Made by a program: the position numbers and the translations under genes | Virus record (IMG/VR): IMGVR_UViG_2744054964_000001 | Direction: 5' to 3' (one strand) | DNA from: a virus | Taxonomy: Duplodnaviria; Heunggongvirae; Uroviricota; Caudoviricetes | DNA: 12,106 nucleotides | Notes under the pieces: generated by a model | The model's input: the letters and a program-made list of their open reading frames with translations, nothing else | Database searches by the model: none | What the model was told of the DNA's origin: nothing | In this document: in pieces, positions 5,631 to 11,824 of the stretch | Numbering within the stretch: the first letter of the stretch is position 1 | Layout: every line of letters begins with the position of its first letter

Positions 5631-5822
5631 ATGGCTACTACCCCTACCCAAAAACCGCAATTTATCTGGATTATCGCAGCAGTTCGCCGCGATATGCCGA
5701 CAATTACCGCCAAAATTCACCATATCGCCGCAGAGACTGAGCAGGAAGCCCGCCGCATTCTGGCGCGGGATCACGTTTGCTTTTTTGCCGGACGTATTCG
5801 CACAGGGGGCGCACATGCTTAA
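5631..5822 (+). CDS. icd: host cell division inhibitor Icd-like protein
   Basis: 63 aa starting at the ATG 7 nt after AAGGAGG (5617-5623). The pattern KPQFIWIIAAVRR...TEQEARRIL...HVCFFAGRI resembles Icd-like proteins of P4-like elements. The frame is open upstream to 5070, but that extension is judged non-coding. Confidence 0.75.
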   Translation: MATTPTQKPQFIWIIAAVRRDMPTITAKIHHIAAETEQEARRILARDHVCFFAGRIRTGGAHA

Positions 5823-5994
5823 TTACTTCCGTGTTGCAGGATGCGCCACCGCCAGGAGCGGCGAATTAGTCGAGTTCGTTTATATCGTTGACGCCCGCAG
5901 CGCGATCAGCGCCAAAGCTGAGGCGCTAAATCAGGCCAGAAATGAACGCCTTTCCCACATCCAGATTACCCGCGTTCGTGAGGTGGCGGCATGA
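5815..5994 (+). CDS. hypothetical protein
   Basis: 59 aa starting at an ATG that overlaps the icd-like stop (ATGCTTAA), with an AGGGGG SD. The ORF-track start at 5785 lies inside icd and lacks an SD. Confidence 0.6.
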   Translation: MLNYFRVAGCATARSGELVEFVYIVDARSAISAKAEALNQARNERLSHIQITRVREVAA

Positions 5995-6305
5995 GCATGT
6001 ATGACGATTTAGTGTCCTGCAAATTTGATGGTTGTACACCTGATGATCTGAACGGAATTGAGAGCCGCGCCAGTGATGCCGTGGATGATTTAATGCTGGG
6101 CGTAAGTGCCATTGGTAGCCTCATGTTCTGGGCGGCTGGTAGCGATGGCTACCCGGAGGAAATCGCTAAGGCTGATATGTACAGATTAGGCGCAATGCTG
6201 GGACATATCGGAGAATTTGCGCGGGCGCTGAACGATATCGCTGCAAACGCCGCATTCTTGCGCTCAATCAGTGAAAAAGAAGCCAAAGGGAGGGCGGGCA
6301 AATGA
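5991..6305 (+). CDS. hypothetical protein
   Basis: 104-aa ORF with an ATGA start/stop overlap and a GAGGTGG SD. Confidence 0.75.
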   Translation: MSMYDDLVSCKFDGCTPDDLNGIESRASDAVDDLMLGVSAIGSLMFWAAGSDGYPEEIAKADMYRLGAMLGHIGEFARALNDIAANAAFLRSISEKEAKGRAGK

Positions 6306-6565
6306 ACATAACTACCATCTATCGCCACCCGGCAGAGCTGGAAGCCGAAGCGATGTTATCCCGCGAGCAGGCTTACCCGGATGATTTTACGCTGGCAGAC
6401 CGAACAGCAGAACGCATGACCCGCGCCCGCAATGGGCTGGCTCACGTTATGACCGATTTATTACCACTCCTCGAAGTTGAGCAAGCAGCCATCGCGTATT
6501 GCTGGCTGAGTAAAGTCCTGACGATTGTCGATATAGCCAGAATTGATGCGGAGGGCAGCGCATGA
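6302..6565 (+). CDS. hypothetical protein
   Basis: 87-aa ORF with an ATGA overlap and a GGAGGG SD. Confidence 0.75.
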   Translation: MNITTIYRHPAELEAEAMLSREQAYPDDFTLADRTAERMTRARNGLAHVMTDLLPLLEVEQAAIAYCWLSKVLTIVDIARIDAEGSA

Positions 6566-7188
6566 GCAACGCACCGACCATTAAATCGGGAAATGCCGAC
6601 TTATTACACGCCGAAGCCACACCGCACGGCGTCAATATCATGACCCGCAATGATGCCGGGGGATATGAGCAGGTTGCTCTTATCAGCTACGAGAGCGCCG
6701 TGAACGGCCTTGACGCCGGAGAGTACGACGATAAGCCAGATATCGGATACGCCATTCATTTTGCCGTTGCTGATGGCGGGGCGCGTGGCTGGTTCGACTT
6801 CACCGCGCAGCATAACGTCACTATGTGGCGCTGGCTGATTGCTGCGACGTTCATTTCTGAGATGAAGCGCGAAAACGGCACAACCACGGTAACTGAGTCT
6901 GACGGCACTTCATCGCAGGTGGCGATTTACTCCAATGGCACGGCGGGGATTGTGGTTTACCCGTTCGCGGAACGTCTGGCGATGGCTAACAACATGGAGG
7001 GCGCAATGGTTGAGCGCTACGGCATTGAGCAGGGAACAGCGAACGCCATTGTTTTTTATCAGGCCATGATCGACACGGAGCGCGGCGAGTTGACCCCGTT
7101 CGGGCGTGAAACGCTTGCTGAACTTCACAACAGCTTTATAGCTGAACTGGATGAAAACGGCTGGCCTGAAATGCCGCTGGCGCACTGA
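6562..7188 (+). CDS. hypothetical protein
   Basis: 208-aa ORF with an ATGA overlap and a GGAGGG SD. I recognise no motif. Confidence 0.8.
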   Translation: MSNAPTIKSGNADLLHAEATPHGVNIMTRNDAGGYEQVALISYESAVNGLDAGEYDDKPDIGYAIHFAVADGGARGWFDFTAQHNVTMWRWLIAATFISEMKRENGTTTVTESDGTSSQVAIYSNGTAGIVVYPFAERLAMANNMEGAMVERYGIEQGTANAIVFYQAMIDTERGELTPFGRETLAELHNSFIAELDENGWPEMPLAH

Positions 7189-7197
7189 GGGGGCGAC

Positions 7198-7539
7198 ATG
7201 ATTACTAAAAATTTCCGACTTAATGCGCTGGCGAATAAGTATGCGTCGGCACTGTATAACCACATTACGGCTATCAATGGTGGCAATTACTTCATGGTTG
7301 ACGCGGCAGGCCAGCAAATCCGTGTGGAGATCGTCAATGGAGTAAAAGGCGTTCGCAGCCTGATCGATAGCTACACACTGGCAGCCATGAAAGTGTCCTA
7401 CCCGCAGTGGGAAACCGTGGGGGTCGAGCTTCTTGAGCGTTGCGTCACTAAGGACGGATTGACTGACGTCGGGCGCGAGATATGGCAAAGCATGGTTAAA
7501 GACATGGGCGCGACAGTGGCAGGAGGCAATCATGCGTAA
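7198..7539 (+). CDS. hypothetical protein
   Basis: 113-aa ORF with a GAGGGGG SD. Its stop overlaps the primase start (ATGCGTAA). Confidence 0.75.
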   Translation: MITKNFRLNALANKYASALYNHITAINGGNYFMVDAAGQQIRVEIVNGVKGVRSLIDSYTLAAMKVSYPQWETVGVELLERCVTKDGLTDVGREIWQSMVKDMGATVAGGNHA

Positions 7540-9973
7540 TATCGACCTTATCCGCGAAGTGACCAGTGCCGCCGCCGGGCGCTGGCCTTATGTGCTGGCT
7601 GGATTGTCTATCGACGTGCCTGATTCATCGCGCCGCCATTCTCCATGCCCTGCATGTGGTGGAAAAGACCGTTTCAGATTCGACGACAACGGGCGCGGTA
7701 GCTTTATCTGCAACCAGTGTGGCGCTGGTGACGGGCTGGATTTAATCAAGCGGGTTAACAACTGCGACACTACGGAGGCGGCACAGCTTGCCGCTGACGT
7801 GCTGGGTATTGATTACCGGGCAGCGCAAACCGACCCGGTGGCAGCGAGCCATAGAAGAGAGCAACTGGAAGCTGACCGCCAGCAGCGTGAGCAGGAGCGC
7901 CAGAAACAGGCAGCAGAGGATGCAGAGCAGCGAAGGGCTACGTTTGCCCGTCTGTATGCCGGAATGCGCCAGAGTGCCACACAGGGCGAATCTGATTACC
8001 TGCAATCAAAAGGGCTGACCGGGTTTAAATATCCGGTAATGCCGGATGGTTCGTTATTGCTGGAGCTGGTGGACGAATCCGGCGCAGTGGCAGCAGCGCA
8101 AACCATTACACCGCAGGGAGAGAAGCGACTCCTGACAGGTTCAGCAAAGCGCGGGGCATATCACGCCGTAAACGCGCCAGAATCGCCGCAGAGCGTTTTA
8201 ATTGCCGAGGGGCTGGCGACGGCCCTTTCAGTTCACCTGATGCGCCCGGACGCGCTGGCAGTGGCAGCAATTGACGCGGGCAACCTGCTACCCGTTGCCG
8301 AAGTGATGCGCCGGAAACACCCGCAGTCGCAAATTATCATTGCCGCAGATAACGACCACCAGCAGGACGAACAGGCGAACACGGGCAAAGATGCCGCAGA
8401 GAAAGCCGCCTTATCCGTGGCTGGCTGGGTGGCGCTGCCGCCGACAGACTATAAAGCCGACTGGGACGACTACCGCCAGCAAAACGGGCTGGAAGTCGCT
8501 ACGGCTGCGTTTAACGATTCGATGTACCAGATTCAGGGGGAAGCCGTGAAACCACAACTACAGGCCATTGCGGGCGGTAAATCCCGCCGTAAAGCCGAAG
8601 TCGGAGATATTGCACAAATGGCAGCCAGCCAGAAAGCGCGGTTGCTTTCATCTCGATGGGATATGTTGGCGGTTAACCCTGATAGTGGCACTGTTTACTG
8701 TTACGAATCTGGCGTATGGGAGAAGCTACCAGACAGTGAATTAGAAAGGGTTATGGTGGCAATTTTCGACGAGCACGAAGCCCACTACACCGAAAAGGGG
8801 ATTAAATCGGTTGTCGCAACCATGAAGCTGCAAATACCGGTAATTGGTGAGCGGAGCGGGGATCTGATTGGTTTTGATAACGGCGTTTATGACCTCGCCA
8901 CGCAGACGTTTTCCGCCCATTCGCCGGGTAACTGGCTGATGAACCACAATGGGATCACCTACACCCCGCCAGCGCCGGGGGAAAATATTACCACCAGCGC
9001 CCCCAATTTTACCCGTTGGCTGAATCATGCAACGGCTGGCGACCATCATAAGGCCGAGCGTATCAAAGCAGCCTTGTTTATGGTGCTGGCGAAGCGTCAC
9101 GACTGGCAGCTATTCATTGAGATAACTGGCGAGGGCGGCAGTGGGAAATCCGTATTCAGCAGCATAGCAACCACGCTGGCAGGTGAACACAACACCGCCA
9201 GCGGTAGCATGATGACGCTGGACACCGCACGGGGACGAGCGCAGTTCGTAGGAAAAAGCCTGATTATTATGCCTGACCAGACCCGCTATGTTGGAGAGGG
9301 TGCGGGGATTAAGGCCATTACGGGCGGCGATCCGGTAGAGATTGATGGGAAATATGAAAAGCAGTTCACAACCGTGCTAAATGCCGTTGTTATGGCAACC
9401 AATAACGAGCCGATGACATTCACGGAGCGAAACGGGGGCATTGCCCGCCGCCGCGTGATATTCCCGTTTAATAACCCGGTATCAGACGCAGACAAAGACC
9501 CGGATTTAACCGCAAAAATCAGGCGAGAAATCCCGGTGATTATCCGCCACCTGCTAACCACCTTTGCCGACCAGAACAAAGCAAAGGCACTATTACTAGA
9601 GCAGCGCGATTCGCAGGAGGCGCTAGAGGTTAAACGCGGCACAGATCCGGTTGTCGATATGTGTGCGGCGCTTTTTTTCATGAACGAACCCAAAGGCATG
9701 ATGATGGGCGGAGGTACATGGGCAGGCCAGCCAGAGCCGAGGACATATCTTTATCATCTTTATCTGGCGTTTATGGAGTATCACGGCCTGGGTAAACCGC
9801 TTTCCGTCAATAAGTTTTCACGCGCCATAAAATCAGCAGCAAAAGAGTACCGAGCCAGCTACCTGACGAGAAGCATTAACGGCAGAGCGCAAACCAACGT
9901 TGGCTATAACGAGAAGGCTGAGGAGTTCATGCCACGCGCTTACGGCGTGGAGAGCGGGCAGAGTGATGATTGA
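7532..9973 (+). CDS. P4 alpha-type bifunctional DNA primase / SF3 helicase
   Basis: 813-aa ORF. It has an N-terminal Cys4 zinc ribbon CPACGGKDRFRF...CNQCG starting at codon 39 (nt 7646). Toprim-like motifs are LIAEGLATA and IIIAADND. The Walker A motif is GEGGSGKS (nt 9128-9151) and LIIMPD is Walker-B-like. Overall architecture matches P4 gp-alpha. Confidence 0.95.
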   Translation: MRNIDLIREVTSAAAGRWPYVLAGLSIDVPDSSRRHSPCPACGGKDRFRFDDNGRGSFICNQCGAGDGLDLIKRVNNCDTTEAAQLAADVLGIDYRAAQTDPVAASHRREQLEADRQQREQERQKQAAEDAEQRRATFARLYAGMRQSATQGESDYLQSKGLTGFKYPVMPDGSLLLELVDESGAVAAAQTITPQGEKRLLTGSAKRGAYHAVNAPESPQSVLIAEGLATALSVHLMRPDALAVAAIDAGNLLPVAEVMRRKHPQSQIIIAADNDHQQDEQANTGKDAAEKAALSVAGWVALPPTDYKADWDDYRQQNGLEVATAAFNDSMYQIQGEAVKPQLQAIAGGKSRRKAEVGDIAQMAASQKARLLSSRWDMLAVNPDSGTVYCYESGVWEKLPDSELERVMVAIFDEHEAHYTEKGIKSVVATMKLQIPVIGERSGDLIGFDNGVYDLATQTFSAHSPGNWLMNHNGITYTPPAPGENITTSAPNFTRWLNHATAGDHHKAERIKAALFMVLAKRHDWQLFIEITGEGGSGKSVFSSIATTLAGEHNTASGSMMTLDTARGRAQFVGKSLIIMPDQTRYVGEGAGIKAITGGDPVEIDGKYEKQFTTVLNAVVMATNNEPMTFTERNGGIARRRVIFPFNNPVSDADKDPDLTAKIRREIPVIIRHLLTTFADQNKAKALLLEQRDSQEALEVKRGTDPVVDMCAALFFMNEPKGMMMGGGTWAGQPEPRTYLYHLYLAFMEYHGLGKPLSVNKFSRAIKSAAKEYRASYLTRSINGRAQTNVGYNEKAEEFMPRAYGVESGQSDD

Positions 9974-9990
9974 AACTTTTACGGCGGCAC

Positions 9991-10240
9991 TTATCCCTAC
10001 TGCCCTACTAAAAACGAGACGAGGCCAGACGTAGCAAGGCTTTAAACTAGGTAGGGATATATATTTTTATCCCTACTTATCCCTACATATCCCTACCAAA
10101 TAAAACAGGCAGCAAAATGCCGTTGAAGTGATTTAGTAGGGATAAGTAGGGTTATGTAGGGCAACAAAATTGAATGCCTACCAGTCTGAAAGCCTTGCCA
10201 TTCGTGGCCTGAGACAGTTAGTAGGGATTGGTAGGGATAT
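9991..10240. repeat. iteron-type replication origin (ori/crr-like)
   Basis: ATCCCTAC occurs at 9993, 10069, 10079 and 10089. The inverted form GTAGGGAT occurs at 10051, 10136, 10221 and 10231. Degenerate copies are at 10002, 10146 and 10156. Tandem copies have exact 10-bp spacing. An AT-rich tract lies at 10058-10068. The flanking 10-bp inverted repeat is GCAAGGCTTT (10035-10044) / AAAGCCTTGC (10189-10198). The region lies directly downstream of the primase-helicase gene. Confidence 0.7.
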
Positions 10241-10292
10241 TACACCCCCAAAAAGATTCTATGGGGGGGGTAGCTTATAACGAAGGTGGGCA

Positions 10293-10574
10293 ATGAATAC
10301 AGAAACCAGCCAGAAAATGACCTATCAGGAGCGTGAAGCATTGAAGGGGTTTACTGACAAACGCGCATTACAGGGCGACACCCAAAGCCTGCAAATGACC
10401 TTGAGGATGATCGCCCACTGGATGAGGCAGCCAGCAGAAATTGGATTTACAGAATATGCAACACACTGGACGGCGGCACAGGCCGGACGTGATGACGGGA
10501 ATCACTCGACCGCAGCAATGGCGGAGCAGTGGCCTTTAAGGGAAGAAATGAAAAGCGCCTGCCGTGAAGAGTAA
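10293..10574 (+). CDS. hypothetical protein
   Basis: 93-aa ORF with a GAAGGTGG SD. It is the last ORF before the strong terminator. No domain recognised. Confidence 0.6.
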   Translation: MNTETSQKMTYQEREALKGFTDKRALQGDTQSLQMTLRMIAHWMRQPAEIGFTEYATHWTAAQAGRDDGNHSTAAMAEQWPLREEMKSACREE

Positions 10575-10614
10575 TGCGACACCATAAATATAGTTTTTAG
10601 AGCCCATAAAAAAC

Positions 10615-10630
10615 TTGTCAAAACTTGACA
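10615..10630. promoter_or_regulatory. 16-bp palindromic motif TTGTCAAAACTTGACA (copy 2 of 2)
   Basis: Matches 5172-5187 at 15/16. It lies between the 93-aa ORF stop and the terminator. Confidence 0.45.
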
Positions 10631-10639
10631 CACAGAACG

Positions 10640-10672
10640 ATGCCACCAGCTACTGAGCGGTGGCATTTTTTT
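10640..10672 (+). terminator. rho-independent terminator ending the alpA-to-ori operon
   Basis: ATGCCACC (10640-10647) / GGTGGCAT (10659-10666) form an 8-bp stem with an 11-nt loop. A run of T residues follows through 10672. Confidence 0.8.
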
Positions 10673-10673
10673 G

Positions 10674-10740
10674 TGCTATTTGTTTCATATTTTGCAATTA
10701 CGGTGATAAATATTGCTATTTGTGAAACTATAATAACTGT
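10674..10740 (+). promoter_or_regulatory. candidate promoter/operator of the cargo cassette
   Basis: A perfect TATAAT lies at 10729-10734, 33 nt upstream of ATG 10767. The 10-bp direct repeat TGCTATTTGT occurs at 10674-10683 and 10714-10723, 40 bp apart. The -35 element is poor. Confidence 0.4.
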
Positions 10741-10766
10741 TGTTTTATACAGTTCTAAGGGGCGTT

Positions 10767-10940
10767 ATGGCTATTTCAGCAAAGCCGGTATTGATAAGTG
10801 AGAAGCAAATGGAAGCGATAAAGAAAATTCAGGAGGAGCAGCGTAAAAAATCAGAGGTAGGAGTTGCGCCAACGATCCACGAAATTGCTCGGGGATTAAT
10901 GGATAAGGCGCTGGCCTCACTGGCAAGCGAGGGCGCGTAA
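10767..10940 (+). CDS. small ribbon-helix-helix-like protein (putative regulator/antitoxin)
   Basis: 57 aa from ATG 10767 (SD AAGGGG). I prefer this to the TTG at 10740 given in the ORF track. The layout is a beta-strand-like KPVLISE, then helix EKQMEAIKKIQEEQRKK, a loop, then helix TIHEIARGLMDKAL. The stop overlaps the next start (TAATG). The fold call is inference from pattern only. Confidence 0.6.
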   Translation: MAISAKPVLISEKQMEAIKKIQEEQRKKSEVGVAPTIHEIARGLMDKALASLASEGA

Positions 10941-11611
10941 TGGGCGCCATTCACCAGATATATGAGCATGAAATGTTCTATAACTGGATAGGTGATGGTA
11001 AACGATGTGTAGCATTCCACGAAGCGGGACATGCAGTAGCTGCATGGCTTATTCGCTTAGATATACAGGTTATCGCCGTTATGGATGAATACGGTTACGT
11101 TGCTGGCGAACATGTACATGAGGCCAAGTGTTTGGGTGTTGTTAAACACAGCATAATTCACAGCCACGATCTAGGGCGTTTGCGGGATAGTAAATCTGGT
11201 GTAGTTGGGCAGAATGGTAAAGTTATCCCTTTCATACGTTACTATGCGGATGGTATAAAGCGCGATGCAAAAAAGGCCGCTTTTGTATCCCTCGCCGGAC
11301 CAGTAAGCGAAGCCCTTTACGAAAACAACGATATTTTCAACAAAAAGTATTCGCTACCTCATCGCTATGACATGGCTAACGTAAATGACATGCTCGATTT
11401 AATCTGCGCTACAGATAAGCGAATTAACAGGGAGTTAATGCTTTCTAAACTCGTTGAAAAGACCAAAGCCCTCATGTCTCAATACTGGTATGAAGTAGAA
11501 AAAATAGCGCATTTGCTTGAACGGGATAGCATTGTGAATGGTCGAAATGTTAGCTCGTTAATTGGCATCAACGTCATAGACCGGGCAACGCCATTTTTGC
11601 TGGTGGAATAA
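10940..11611 (+). CDS. stand-alone FtsH/M41-like zinc metalloprotease domain protein (HEAGH)
   Basis: 223-aa ORF with a GAGGG SD. VAFHEAGHAVAAWL (HEAGH at nt 11018-11032) parallels the FtsH protease-domain motif VAYHEAGHAI. Later segments align by eye to FtsH: LAGPVSEALY to GGRLAEEIIY, and the C-terminal helices. There is no AAA+ module and no TM segment. Confidence 0.8.
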   Translation: MGAIHQIYEHEMFYNWIGDGKRCVAFHEAGHAVAAWLIRLDIQVIAVMDEYGYVAGEHVHEAKCLGVVKHSIIHSHDLGRLRDSKSGVVGQNGKVIPFIRYYADGIKRDAKKAAFVSLAGPVSEALYENNDIFNKKYSLPHRYDMANVNDMLDLICATDKRINRELMLSKLVEKTKALMSQYWYEVEKIAHLLERDSIVNGRNVSSLIGINVIDRATPFLLVE

Positions 11612-11824
11612 CTCCAGACCAAACTCATTCGATGATTCATTTCTCCACGGGTAAGCTATGCCGGTATACCTAACTCCGCAGTATTACCGGAATCAGCCAG
11701 GCTACAGGCACACAGGAGGCCACGCAACACAATCCGCGCCGGGATAGGAGTTATATAATACCCCTGATGATTTTGACCAACGCCCACCATTCGACGATGA
11801 AACGCCATTCTGGGGGAGATAAAC

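Noticed and set aside
5785-5814. ORF-track start at 5785 for the gene after icd, and the TTG start at 10740 for the RHH-like gene
   Set aside because: Internal ATGs at 5815 and 10767 have proper SD spacing. The 5815 start gives the start/stop overlap typical of this operon. The upstream extensions lack an SD.
5462-5816. Minus-strand ORFs 5462..5713 and 5607..5816
   Set aside because: They are antisense to the structured RNA region and the icd-like gene, with no translation signals.
5070-5822. The 250-aa ORF taken as one CDS
   Set aside because: Its first two-thirds span a palindrome, a T7 terminator hairpin and multiple RNA stems. Only the last 63 codons have a strong SD and an Icd-like sequence. 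It is kept as a finding because the open frame is unusual.
6447-7533. Minus-strand ORFs 6447..6650, 6604..6813 and the 207-aa ORF 6910..7533
   Set aside because: They are antisense to a chain of SD-preceded, translationally coupled + strand genes. The length is plausible for GC-rich antisense frames, and no motifs are present.
7588-9699. ORFs nested in the primase-helicase gene on both strands (7588..7770 -, 7742..8005 -, 7788..8018 +, 8340..8549 +, 8741..9100 -, 9286..9699 -)
   Set aside because: The 813-aa frame has clear zinc-ribbon, Toprim and Walker motifs throughout. The nested ORFs are frame shadows.
9991-10240. Possible CRISPR array
   Set aside because: The repeat unit is only 8-10 bp and occurs in both orientations with 10-bp phasing. 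There are no 25-40-bp repeat/spacer units and no cas genes. An iteron origin fits better.
11661-11690. Hairpin CCGGTA...TACCGG after the protease gene, considered as a terminator
   Set aside because: Only a 6-bp stem with an 18-nt loop and no T tract. This is not enough to call a terminator.
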